Positions 24,981 to 38,070 of a stretch of DNA of 64,000 nt are shown here, piece after piece (the stretch's first letter is position 1; each line of letters begins with the position of its first letter). Below the pieces are notes generated by a model. It was given only the letters and a program-made list of their open reading frames with translations, was not told where the DNA came from and searched no databases. Origin of the DNA: Eledone cirrhosa (lineage: Eukaryota); NCBI GenBank assembly GCA_964016885.1, contig CAXHJY010000437.1:1-64000 (forward strand). Reading direction: 5' to 3'. The position numbers and the translations under genes were made by a program.

Positions 24981-26689
24981 TACCCTAGTAATGTATTGAG
25001 TGCCTTACTTACTGTGGTTACCCCCGATTGAATTCGGGACTCACACACTCATATGTGTGTGTGTGTGTGTATATACCCAGAAGTGTGTGTGTATGTTGTT
25101 GGAACTTAGCCCTAAGTTCCAACAGTAGAACTATGATCAAGAACATTCCAGCCTTAGCCTTCCTGTCTTTTATAGAATATGTAGCAATATATCATGTAAA
25201 CTGTTTTCAAAGATGACAGTCACAATTTGGTTACAAAAGACAGCATATGAATCACTGATATCTTTGCCTGATTATTTAATACCATATCAACTCTGTTAAA
25301 CTGTGCTCAGTGTTCTCTGTTATTATCAAACTATCTGAATGTATCAACAAACAGATTATTTATCACTACAGCTGCCAATATTGAAACAGATTGCTCTACT
25401 CTGATGGCTAAACTCATCACACATCTATTATATTTAACTACAGCAACAGCTTCAAGTTACAAATAACATGCATCTGGATAGTTGATAAAACTGTTTCTTA
25501 ACATCTACATACACACAGTTATACATATAGCATTAAAAGCAAACAAACATTTTTATATATATTTCTTTGGTTGCTTTTTTACTATATTTTATTTTATTTT
25601 ATGTTTGTATTTATTTTTCTTGTAGTTAAATATATATATATATATATATATTTTTAAATCAACTAAAAACAAAATTTAACTATCTCCATCTTAATTTCCA
25701 TCAGAATAGAATTATGAAAGCATTGTGAGCTTTACATAATTCTGTATTTTTGTAGTCATCAGTTTTATCACAATAATTTATCTGACTATTTCACAAAAGT
25801 ATAGAAAAGTTATTTTCAAAACCAAGCTCTGAAATAGAGCAATCAATATCTATCTGTACATATATACAAATACATATACATACACATACACCACACACAT
25901 ACACACACCACACATATATAGTTATATCATGGAAAATAGACTTTAAGTGATGGTGATGAATTATATACACACATATTTACATATATGCATATATAGGAAT
26001 ATTCGTATGTATTTGTATGTATGACATAAGTTAAGATGTAAAATATTCTTAATAAAGTATTATAGACATAAGAAAAAAATTATATATATATATATAATGG
26101 GACATTATGTAAAGCATCATTGTGCATATGTGATGCAACATCATTGGCATATGCAATGGTGTACCATTATATCGTGTGTGTAAATATACATGCATGCACA
26201 CTGACACACACACACACACATGCACACAAATATATAGACGTACACACATGCATGCAAATATATATACATACACACTCACATATGTATTATATATGTATAA
26301 GCAGCCACATATACATGTGTGCAATTTCCTTTCAGTATACTGTGTAGATATTTTTTGTATGTTGTCAAATTGCTTTGGGGCAGTATTTTTTAGTCTCTAA
26401 GTTTATTTAATACAATTAAAAGAGAGAATTGAGTGAAGAATGTAAATTCACTAAGGTATCAACTGCATTTTATTTCTCGGTGAACAGCATAGTAAATCTA
26501 TTAGGATATGATGTAAGTATTGTTGTTGCCGTGCAGAGAAATAATGTTCTCTTATCAATAGGTTATTATAATTGTGTTTGCTCTTTCTTTTTTTGGTGTT
26601 TAAATAAAAAAAAAAACAGACTAAGTTTGATATGAATATAAAAATGTAATAAATTATTATCTAAATATGTTGAATTGTGTATGTATATC

Positions 26690-26765
<76 letters not shown>

Positions 26766-26844
26766 AATAAATATATACATGTATATACATTTATTTATAT
26801 ATATATATATATATATACACACATAAATATATACATGTATAATA

Positions 26845-27102
26845 AAGCTGAAGCATATAGACAATATGCCCCCATACGCTCCCACTGCAAGGTGGTCGTG
26901 GAGGCGCCACGGAAAAAAGCACCCAGCACTCACTGTAAATGAGGTTGGTGTTAGGAAGGGCATCCAGCTGTAGAAATCAAGCCAGAATCAGTTCCCGTAT
27001 GAGCAAAGCATGGTCAGCCAACCGGCTACTGCCCACAACAGGACAACCCGTCTAACCCATGCTAGCATGGAAGAACGGACGTAAAATAGTGATGATGATG
27101 AT
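26845..27102 (+). mobile_element. RTE family B 3' UTR
   Basis: Matches the reverse complement of 36520-36825. Confidence 0.8.
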
Positions 27103-27103
27103 T

Positions 27104-27447
27104 CATTTATTCATTTCATTTCATTTTTACGTCCACTTTTTCCCTGCTTGCAAGGGTGTGACGGGAACTGATTCTGGCTTGATTTCTACAGCTGGATGCC
27201 CTTCCTAACACCAACCTCATTTACAGTGAGTGCTGGGTGCTTTTTTGCCGTGGCACCTCCACCACCACTTTGCAGTGGAATGATATGGACCCCAGTCCCT
27301 ATCATCTCATTTCTACAGCTGAGTAAACTGGAGCAATGTGAAATAAAGTGTCTTGCTCAAGGAAACAACACATCACCCGGTCTGAGAATTGAACTCACAA
27401 CCTTTCGATTGCAAGGCCAATGCTCTAACCACTAAGCCATGTGCCTG
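27104..27447 (-). mobile_element. tRNA-derived SINE family 3 with an RTE-derived 3' end
   Basis: Minus strand tggcttagtggttagagc (A box), gagttcaattc (B box), ccttgagcaagacact body, then RTE-B UTR sequence; second copy at 53624-53968. Confidence 0.85.
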
Positions 27448-28156
27448 CATATATATATGTATATTTATGTGTATGTGTGTGCATATAAATATAAGTGTAC
27501 AAGGTCTGTCGAAAAATATCTGACTTTATTTTTTTGCCTGTGAGAAGTAATGACGTTAAGAAGACAAACGTGTTCATTGTAGAGCCACATACATTCATGT
27601 CCATGCATAGTTTTGGCAAGCTCACAGGATGCATCAGTTACAGTCAAACAGCCAACATATGACTACTTACTCATCACATTTCAATTCAGCTAACACTGCC
27701 AACAAGAATTCCTGAATACTATGATAACTAGAGATGAGACATGTGTATATGGGTATGACCTGAAAACTAAATCTCAGTTATAGTGGAAGCATCCAATGTC
27801 GCTAAAGCTCCCAAAAGCACATCAATTGAAGAGAAAAATCAAGGTGCTGTTGACTGTTTTCTATGTTGCCAAGGGTTGGACAAGAAAGGTGAATTGGAGA
27901 TGTGTGTGAGCCAGAGGATGGAAAGTAAAATGTATGGAGCAGAACACTTTATTCTCTACTGGTATGGACAAGAGAAAGAAGAGGGTGAAGGATGTGAGTG
28001 AAGAGAGACTGAGGAGGTGGCTCTAGATAGTGAAGGGATATTGAGGAGTTGAATAGAGGGGTGGGAAGCATGTTGGCAGGCGGGGTCCTAATTGTTGTTT
28101 TCACCTCTCAGCTGAGTCTCAGTAATGTAATATATATATCAACATACATATGCATG

Positions 28157-28193
<37 letters not shown>

Positions 28194-30095
28194 CTGTTGA
28201 AAAGCATATCTACAGCATATTTATCCTTCAGGCCTTTTATTCAAATTTTATTCTTAATATAAACGGATATTGTTATTTCATTTTTCTTTACTTGTTTTAT
28301 TTATAACACATTACATTTTATAAAATTTTCTATTATCTAAATACATTGTCAGTAAAACAATGAAATATGATAAGATACTTCATTTAAAAATGATATACAA
28401 AAGTATATGTCAATAGCTAACAGTAAAAAAAATTCTTATAGTATGTAAATGCATATGTTTATAAGCCTAAGCAGTTGGTACATATTTTATAATATACACC
28501 ATATTTTATAATATACACATGTGAATAACATGTTGTTTGCTTCACCGAGATTTTATATAAGGTTTATTGGGAATTAATGTGAGATATATCTTGAATGAAA
28601 AAATTAATTATTCTATATACTTTACAAATTCTGCCAAACACACCACCATTAAAAATATTTATTTTTGAAATAGATACAAGAAGGAAGGAGGAGTATAGTT
28701 GATGGTATCAACCAAGTATTTGACTGGTCTTCTATTTTATTGACCTTGAAATGATGAAAGAGAAATTTGACTTTGATGGTATTGGAACTCAGCACATAAA
28801 GAGCCAAAACAAATATCACAAAGCATTTTGTTTGATGTTCTCTAGTGTGGAAGATAGACGTTAAACGATGATGATGATGATGATGATGATGATGATCTCA
28901 CATTTTGAATACACTTGGTCAGCTAAATCCTTGCCAGTTAACATTTGTATTCTATGCTGACATGAGTTAAATGGGTCTCAGCATTTTCCAGCTCTCCCAG
29001 TCCCCTGTCATATGGCACATACAGCAACAGAGAAAACCCATAACGTTTGTTGTGTATGTCATGGTTGTTTGATAGGTTTCCTCACACCCCTCCCCAATTT
29101 GAAGCTCTTTCTATTACTAACCACTTTTACAACATTGTCTGGGTACATTTTATTATACCAGAGAAGTTGTTTGTATTAGTACTGAAGAACCTTCCTTGCA
29201 CTACATCAGATTTTATTCAGAAATGCTGCTCTGTGTCTCCTGTTTTTGTACCATCCTTTTATTATATGAGACAATATTATTATGTTGGCTTACAGGTAAA
29301 TGAATGTGTCTTGATACCTTGGATGCTAAGGTTTGTCACTTCTCCTCCACCTGATAAATTATTAAATGTATTTTTAGATATTTAATTCAGCAATCAGACA
29401 TTTGTTAAATTATAATCACAGCTATTGTTACATGTTCTTTACTAATAATTCCTATAAATAATTCATATGGTGGTCACTTTCCCTCTCAAAGGGAACAATT
29501 CGATTGTACTAAAAATGAGAATGTATGCAGACGTACCCAAAATTGGCAGTCTTCCAGTTAATTCTTCCTGTATTTGTTTACCTGGCTGTTTGGTCTGAAA
29601 TTTTGTATTGAAGCTAAATCAATTGTATCGGGGTATAATTGTATTTATTGGTTTCAAGCTGTGACCATCTGGAGCACTGCATAAAAGGGATTTAGGAAAC
29701 CATATTGATCTAAGTACTTATTTCAGTTTGGTACTTATTTTATTAATATCTTTTATTGAAATAGCCAAGTTACTTTTTTGACAAATTAAGAGATGGGAAA
29801 AACAAAGGACACAAAAAATTGGAGCAAGATGCAAGGGGATTTCCTCCTTATCAGCTGTCAACTTGGCATCTTTGTAGTTTTATTGTGTGTGAAGACAGTA
29901 TTACTCTCCCTAGTGCAGCAATAGCTCTTAAAGAAAGAGAACTATTCAGGATAAAATACAATGGATACAGCAACAGTACAGATCAGGTTTTTTTTATCCA
30001 TTGGACAGAGAAATAATATAACCATTTATATAATACAGGACAAGAAAACTCCTTAAATAGATCACAGTAAAAACACGACAACAAATATATATATA

Positions 30096-30275
30096 TCATC
30101 ATCATCAATCTTCCACGCTAGCATGGGTTAGACGGGTTTGTCCCACTTGAGGTAAGTTGGGTCAGGTGACTGTGTTTTGCTCGCATAGGACTGTTTCTAT
30201 ATATATATATCATCATCATTTATCATCTATTTTCTACGCTAGCATGGGTGAGACAGGTTGTCCCAATTGAGGTAA
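30096..30275 (-). mobile_element. Two short RTE 3'-terminal fragments
   Basis: (CAT)n followed by ttc.acgctagcatggg..agac. Confidence 0.7.
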
Positions 30276-30890
30276 GCTTATTCTTTTAATACCATGGAGA
30301 GTGGACCCTTGTTTTTATACCCAACTAATATAAGTCAACAGTTTCACAAAGCGACTCATATAAACCATAGTTTCTTTTTTATGTTTAACCTCATATCAGC
30401 TGTACAGAATGATAATCACAAACATTTCACACATGATTGTGTCATTTTTTAACTATCAGAGAACTCAAAGGTATATTATTCAATGTGTTGCTTTATTAAG
30501 ACATTAGGTGTCTTCTGAGGAAGATCTGGCTACTATTATTGGCATAGTTAGTAAAATTCAAAAGTAAAACTAAAAATATAAATTCAGCTCCATTCATGCA
30601 ATTTCTGACTCTAGCACTGGCTAGCAACTTATTTTTGGTATCTTAACCCAACTACTATAAGATAGAGAAAACATTGCTTCTTTTAATTTTTATTTTTAAA
30701 TATAAAAATCAAGATAACAAAGGAAATGGTTTTCAACACAAATAGAAACACACAAACAGATCACTTTTAGTTTACTGCTCTCACTTCTGTATACACGACC
30801 TTTTACCTATTGGCTTTCTGGATATAAAGATAGCAGGTGGTTGAACAAATATGAAATTTATTGCACAGATTTACTGATTATGTGTGTGTG

Positions 30891-30931
<41 letters not shown>

Positions 30932-30934
<3 letters not shown>

Positions 30935-31325
30935 GAGGTCGTGTAGGTGTCACGACAAAAAAAAAAAACACAGTCCACGCTGTAATGTGGCCGTGTAGGC
31001 AACACGGTAAAAACCTCCCAGTACACACTGTAAATGTGGTTGGTGTTGGGAAGGGCATCAAGCTGTAGAAAACCCGCCAGACGTGTAGGTGTCATGACAA
31101 AAAAATACACAGTCCACGCTGTAATGTGGCCATGTAGCTAACACGGTAAAAACCTCCCAGTCCACACTGTAAATGTGGTTGGTGTTAGGAAGGGCATCCA
31201 GCCGTAGAAAACCCGCCAGACAGTCCTATATGAGCAGGATAACCAATCTTGCCTCAGGTGGGAAAACTCCCGTCCAAACCCATGCAAGCGTGGAAGATGG
31301 ACGTTAAATGATGATGATGATGATA
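30932..31325 (+). mobile_element. RTE family A 3' UTR with an internal tandem duplication
   Basis: gtgtaggtgtca.gacaaaa..aaaacccgccaga unit occurs twice, then (GAT)n. Confidence 0.8.
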
Positions 31326-31415
31326 TATATATATATACATACATATATTATATTATACAATATAAACATTTTATTGCTATTTGAATGCATATATTATACA
31401 ATTTAAATATTATAC

Positions 31416-31800
31416 ACACACCAAGAGTATAATTGCTAGAATAAAGCTAGGATGGAAGAAGTTTAGAGAACTACTGACAACAAAAGGTTTCTAAGTACAA
31501 AAGAAAGGTTGTATGATGCCTTGGATTCCCCTTAAACCCAGTTTCTCCCTCAGCTCATCCAAGCTCAGTTATTCTCTCACATTCATATTTCACATCCAAC
31601 GAAGTATGATTGCTTCATTTCTCTCCAGTAAACCCATGTCTTCTGCAGTCACAGCCTATATTTCACTACCATGCAGTATCGCACACCACACACAGGCATC
31701 ATACCGCCTGCCTTTTGTACCTAGGAAGAAACCTTTTGTTGTCAGCAGTGGGAGTAGTTCTCTAAACTTCTTACATCCTATCCTTATTATACTCTCGGTG
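31416..31800. mobile_element. Old RTE ORF fragment present as an inverted pair
   Basis: GW/CKKFRELL..KGF..GRLYDA segment on + (31416-31520) and on - (31695-31800). Confidence 0.6.
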
Positions 31801-32113
31801 GGTGCGTGTATAATATTTAAATAGTATATGCATACATATAGATATAATATGTTTATACATATATATGTATATATATATATAATATTTATATAGTATAATA
31901 TAAAATAATATAATATCATATAATATATATATATATATCAAAATTATGCATACAAACTAATCGAGAAGGAGAGATAAGAGATTAGTTATGAGAATTATAT
32001 GCCAGTAGTGAAGGGGACAGTGTGCTCAAGGTGTATTAGATGCAAGACAAGTGAACAATGTGAGTAAGTCAGAGAAATAATGTCAAGCAAAAAATTGTAT
32101 AAATAGAGCTTTA

Positions 32114-32949
32114 ATATAGACATTAAATGTTAGAGAAAACAAAACCAAATTCTTGAACAACTATATTTAACGGCTGACAATTGTTTCAGAAACCATATCA
32201 GCATTCTGCACATACAGATGATAATTATCGATTATATAATCGATAATGAAAAATGCATAGCCTGACCTTTAAATATCATAATAATTTTTCTTTTATCTTG
32301 CATTTTCTTTTCCTTCAATTCATAATATAACCCCTCCCCCTTTTTATTGCCTTTCCCAAATTATCTTGATATACATCACCCCTCTGATTGTTATTTTTAA
32401 TGACTGCTCATATGTTTACCCTCTTATTCAATTTTACATGATATTTCTTTCCACACATATATTCATCTTTTTATTCGACCATTAGGTATATTATTAACAC
32501 TTAACACCCCTTTTTCCTTCTTTTAAATACTTTAAAAAAATTTGAATTATCTATTATGTATTTTTACTTATTTATCTCCCTTTCTTCATAGTTATGCCCC
32601 TTGTTATACTTCCCTACTTCCGGTTTCATACATTCTCCATTTTTTTAAACAATTAAATTCTTAGAATTTATAATGTAGTATTATCTTACTTCCATGTTCA
32701 ATATGTGGACGGGTATTCTTCAAGTTTTACATTTATTGTAGTCCCTATTTTCAGTGACATGTATCTTAGAATTTTTATGTTTATTTTTTCTTTACGGCTC
32801 TTTTTTTTTTTTACTATTATCGATTTTATAATCAATAATTATCACCTGTATGTGCAGAATACTGATATGGTTTCCGAAACAATTGTCAGCCATTAAATAT
32901 AGTTGTTCAAGAATATGGCATTATTTTCTCTAATATTTAATTTCTATAT
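32114..32949. repeat. ~135-bp inverted repeats with a ~565-bp spacer; arms carry a hammerhead-like motif
   Basis: Arms 32114-32248 / 32815-32949; CTGATAT-ggtttcc-GAAAC-aatt-GTC at 32862-32887. Confidence 0.7.
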
Positions 32950-33564
32950 ATTCATATATAGAATCAGTAAATCTGTGCAATAAATCTCATACTTCTTCGA
33001 CCACCTGCTATTTTTATATCCAGAAAGCCAATCGGTATACAGAAGTGAGAGAAGTAAACTATAAATGATCTGTTTGTGTGTTGTTTCTATGTGTATATAT
33101 ATAATAAATGACAGAAATAGAAAAGCATTTAGTGTTGTTAGGTTCACGCTTTGGATGAAAGATAGAAAAGAAGTTCAACATATCAGATGTTTGTCCTTCG
33201 TAGATAAATTAGAAAATAAAAAGTAGAAAAAGGAGGACATATGAGTGTGTGTTCTTTTAAATTTTGTGTGTATTACCGTATATGTCGGTGGAATGGTCTA
33301 TACATTGTTTGTGACAGTGACTAAGTCTGTCTGGCTGTATTAACATTGTGTGTGATTTGTCTGTGTATGTATCAAACATATAAGAAATTATTATTGACAA
33401 ATATGTATGTGTTCATTATGTAGCTGTTCTTTAAATAAAAAAAACTCAACTCCAAGGTGAAGTTGAAATAAACAAAAATGCAGTTAAATTGTCATAGCAA
33501 CCACTATACAATGCTAAGTAAGAAATGCATGTGTATATGTGCTGATATGGGCATATCTGCTTGT

Positions 33565-33900
33565 AGAACTGACTTCCCACTGGTACAAGCCGAAGCTGAA
33601 GCATACAGACAGAATGTCCCCCACCCCCTTCCCACTCTAAAGTGGTCTTGTAGATGTCACGACAAAGATCACCCAGTCCACACTGTAGAGTGGTTGTGTA
33701 AGCACCATGTAAAAAAGCACCCAGTACTCACTGTAAATGAGGTTGGTATTAGGTAGGGCATCCAGCTGTAGAAGCCAAGCCAGAATCAGTTCTGTATGAG
33801 CAAGACATGGTCACTTGACCTGGCATTGCCTACAACAGGGCAACTCGTCTAACCCATGCTAGCATGGAAGAATGGGTGTAAAACGGTGATGCTGATGATT
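33565..33900 (+). mobile_element. RTE family B 3' UTR, diverged
   Basis: gggcatccagctgtagaa..aagccagaatcagttc, cccatgctagcatggaag, (GAT)n. Confidence 0.75.
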
Positions 33901-34013
33901 ACTAATAAGTGTTAATTTTTTTTTTTTTAAATATTTATAACATATCTAAGTGTGTGTGAGTATTTCTATACATGTGCTTGAGGGAGGGTACTGGATAGGG
34001 CAGGAGGAGCAGA

Positions 34014-34860
34014 TTAGAGGAAGAGGAGCTCTGCATTATGGCCATTGGGGATAGATGTATTTAGAAAAAATAAGCTTCTATCCCCTCTGATAGCACATGT
34101 GTGAGGGTTTGTGCAGGAAGTGAACCCCAAAACAGTAAATTGATGTGTGGAATGACCAGCAGTGCAGAAATGTTTGGCCACTAAGAACAGGTTGCCAAGC
34201 CAGTTGTCCCGCAGATGTTCAGCGAATCTGTCGGCCAGTCTGATTAATGTATATAGCCTTGCATAGTATGCACCTGAGCCCATAGACGAGACTTGTGGAA
34301 GTGCAACTGAAAAAGTCCCTAACATGAAAGATATGGCCGTTAGGGTTAATGAGGGTGGTGGTATGGATGATGAAGCTGCATGTGTTGCAGTGGGGTTGGG
34401 AGGAGGGAGGAAACTGTGGGTGAGAAGGTTATTAATGTTGCGTGTGTATTTTAAAAAGTGGTGAGGTAAGGTAGAAGGGTGGTAGGTAAAGGGAAATGGT
34501 AGCTAGTTGGTGGAGATGGTGTAAGGACAGAAGTGGAGTCAACTCCACAGGCATGGGTGAGGGCGGTTTATGTCCTTGCTGGGTGAATTGTCTAGCTATG
34601 TAATGAGCCTGAGCTTCAAATTCATGGGAGTAGGGGATGGAGTGTTTTGTGTGGGTGGGATGTGGAGAGGTGAAGTTGGAGTAGGTGTGGGAGTCAGTTA
34701 ATTTAAAGAAGGTTGACGTGTTGAGAGAGCAATTGTAGTGGTTGATAAAAATAGATATATCCAGGAAGTGGACAGAAATGGTGGAGATAAAAGTCAAGGG
34801 CAAGATGGGAGGAGAAGGAAAGAAAGCAGTCGAGCTGTACTCGGGTGAATGATATAACAC
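34014..34860 (-). pseudogene. Decayed Penelope-like element (RT thumb + GIY-YIG C-terminal half)
   Basis: VHFLDISI..FKLTDSHTY..SPHPTHTKHSIPYS; RLADRFAEHLRD..VAKHF..GHS..PNGHN. Confidence 0.7.
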
Positions 34861-35024
34861 CTGTATTTGTGTGAGTGTGTCCATTATCATCATCATCAAA
34901 CTTTTTAAACCTGCTTGCACTGCTCTCATGAACCTCTCATCAACATCCAGTTTCCTTAAGGATCACCAGATAACAGACAGTGGCACTTAATCAAAAGGCT
35001 TATCTAGATCTACAAAAGCTAGGT

Positions 35025-35213
35025 ATAATTGTTTCTACTTTTGGCACAAGGCCAGCAATTATCCTAGTGTATTACTGGTACTTTACTTTATCGACCCCGT
35101 AAGGATGAAAGGCAAAGTTAACCTCGGCGGCATTTAAGCTCAGACCATAAAGGGCCATAACTCTTTGCTGCAAAGCATGGCGTCCGACCCTCTACCGATA
35201 CTGCCAATCCACC
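35025..35213 (-). mobile_element. SINE family 1 with a 15-bp TSD
   Basis: aaagctaggtataat on both sides. Confidence 0.88.
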
Positions 35214-35329
35214 AAAGCTAGGTATAATGACTTATATTTATATAGGAACTTCTCATGTAGCTGTCTTACTAAGAGGAGTGCATCTATGGTGCTTCTTCCT
35301 GGCATCTTATCTAATGTGACACCTAACTA

Positions 35330-36250
35330 GCTGTACTAACACCTTTTCTGTCACTTTTATAACTTGATCCATCGGTTTTATGCCTTTGTTGCTGCTCATT
35401 TCTAGAGCATCACCTTTTCCTTAGTAACAATTAATGAGTATACTGCTTCACCAGTCATTGTGTTTGACACCATCATGATTGATTATGCAGGCGACTAGTT
35501 TGACTCCTACTTTCTCAGATAATTTCAGCAACTCAGCAACTATATCTGATGGTCCTTCATAACTATTTTTCATTTCCCTGATTGCTTCTTTAACTCTCTA
35601 TTTCAATAGTCAGCCCCTCTATTGAGTCTACTGGGGGTAGTCCCTCTTTCTGCCATTATTTCTCCACATTCATTGACCTCATATAGTAGCATTTCCAGGC
35701 CTCTTTCTTCTGAGTGCAAATGAGGCCAAGTGGTGTTGGAGTAATCCTGAACACACTTCTTCCTAATAACATTCTGATTCACTCTGACAATGCTTTGAAT
35801 GTGAAATGCTTCACATCACAGCACATTAGCAAACTCCCAATTGTTCTTTATGTCATACCTGTCTATATCCTCTTCCCTCACTCTGTATGTATCATGTAGA
35901 GCTTTACCAATCCTATATTTAGCAGAGAGGTTCCTTAGTTTCCATAAAATACTTCTCTGGATTGTCCTGCATTTCTGATTCTGTCTAATGTAACTATATA
36001 TATATATATATATACTAATGTCACTAATTACTAATTTTAGTTGGGGGTGCATTCTTCTCCAGGAAACGCTTTAGTATTCTATTTCACCCCCCTGATAGAT
36101 TGGTGATCAAGTTGTTGGCTGGCTTCCTGAAGTTAGTGTTGCAAATGGTTAGGCCATTTGCATCATTAAATTCTAGGAGCCTTAATTCCTCTTCATTTCT
36201 CAAGCAATATCCATAGCTAACATGCACTTCATGTAACCCCATCCTGTCCT
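35330..36250 (-). mobile_element. Old decayed RTE fragment (APE end to RT start)
   Basis: ggtgatcaag..gaagttagtgttgca matches ~57190-57235; RSILWKLR resembles RRKIWKLK. Confidence 0.6.
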
Positions 36251-36519
36251 AACGATTAAACTCTCTCTTGTTCCCCCACTCACTTTCTTCCTTACTCTTT
36301 TCTCTCTTTCCCACTCTTGCTTTCTCCTTTATCTGCTCTCACTACCACTGTTTTTGTTTGCCCACTTGCTGTCCTAACAGTTAAACTTCTCATAGCAAAA
36401 GACAGTAATTGAAACCACAGTGTCTCTTCCTGAAGTACAGTTACATTTCCAATATAACACACAAACACACACACACAAATATATTTATGCGTATATACAC
36501 TCACATATATTCACACATG

Positions 36520-37435
36520 TCATCATCATCATCATCATCACCGTTTTACGTCCGTTCTTCCACGCTAGCATGGGTTAGACGGGTTGTCCTGTTGTGGGCA
36601 GTGTCTGGTCGGCTGACCATGCCTTGCTCATACAGGAACTGATCTGGCTTGATTTCTACAGCTGGATGCCCTTCCTAACACCAACCTCATTTACAGTGAG
36701 TGCTGGGTGCTTTTTCGTGGCGCCTACACGTCCACTTTACAGTGTGGGCTGGGTGCTTTTTTGCCGTGGCACCTCCACGACCACCTTGCGGTGGGGGGGG
36801 GGGCATATTGTTTATATGCTTCAGCATGTACCCATGGGAGGTCGGGTACCCTGTATTACTGCGTGACGCCAGAAGTCACGGTCGTGTGTCATTGACTTTG
36901 AGAGGTGTAGTTGGGTAAGGTCGGCTTTTATCACCTCATCCCAAGTCATCTTGGGTCTCCCCACTCCGCGGTTTCCATCAACTTCTAGTGCTCTGCACCT
37001 TTTTATGCAGCTGTCATCCTTCATACGCATCACATGTCCATACCAGCGTAACCGCCTCTCCTGCACGCAGCATTTGATTCCTCTTATGCTCAGTCTCTCT
37101 CTCAATTCATTTATGCTTTGTCGTTCACGTATATTACTGTTACACATCCATCGGAGCATGCAGGCTTCGTTTCTCTCTAATCTACGTAAGTCTTCCACCT
37201 TCAGCGCCCAGGTCTCACTACCATGCAACATCGCTGTTCGGATACACGCATCATACAGTCTGCCTTTCATTCTGAGGGAGAAGCCTTTTGCAGCTAGCAG
37301 TGGTAGTAGTTCCCTAAACTTCTTCCATCCCGTTCTTACCCTAGTTATTGTACTTTCTGAGCACCCACCTCCGTTGCTAATTCGGTCACCTAGGTAGCAG
37401 AAGCTGTCTACTGTTTCTACAGGGCCCTCCCGTGT
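36520..37435 (-). mobile_element. RTE family B, 5'-truncated
   Basis: ORF 36821-37441(-): [27 protein letters not shown]; family-B UTR and tail. Confidence 0.9.
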
Positions 37436-37917
37436 ATACATTAATGTCTGTTTGTGTAACTATGTATATATCTCCTCCCTCATTTCTCTCTCTCTCTCTC
37501 TCCAAACACACATACACACTTACAAATGCGACAATATGGCTGATTATTTTTTCTCTCTTCATACTTATCAGATATATAAATCAATAAATATTTGGAAAAT
37601 TTTTCGTTTTTATTTTTTCTTTAATTTAGATATTTCTTTTTTAAAGCCAGAACGTTGCTCTGTCTTCTATTGTAAATCTATAGAAAATCCAGAAAGTTTT
37701 TTTTCTTTTCCATTTTTTTTCTAGCTTTATTTCATGTGACATCCCCACCGCTTTCGTAGAAAGAATACAAAATAATCAGTCATATAACATATAAAAAAAC
37801 ACTTTTAAACATGGGCTTTCTCTCTTTCACTCACCACTTTCTGATTTTTCCATCTAGAGACCAGTAACTGTGACTGGTGTTGCTTTTAGTTTTGTTGTTG
37901 ATGTTGCTGTTGTCGTT

Positions 37918-38070
37918 TTGCTTTCCAGCATACTTACGTCCCTTTACGATCTGAGTTCAAATCCCGCCGAGGTTGACTTTGCCTTTCATCCTTACGGGGT
38001 CGATAAAATAAAGTACCAGTAATGAACTGGGTTATTGCTGGCCTTGTGCCTAAAAGTAGAAACAAATATT
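37918..38070 (+). mobile_element. SINE family 1, 5'-truncated
   Basis: Matches family. Confidence 0.85.
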
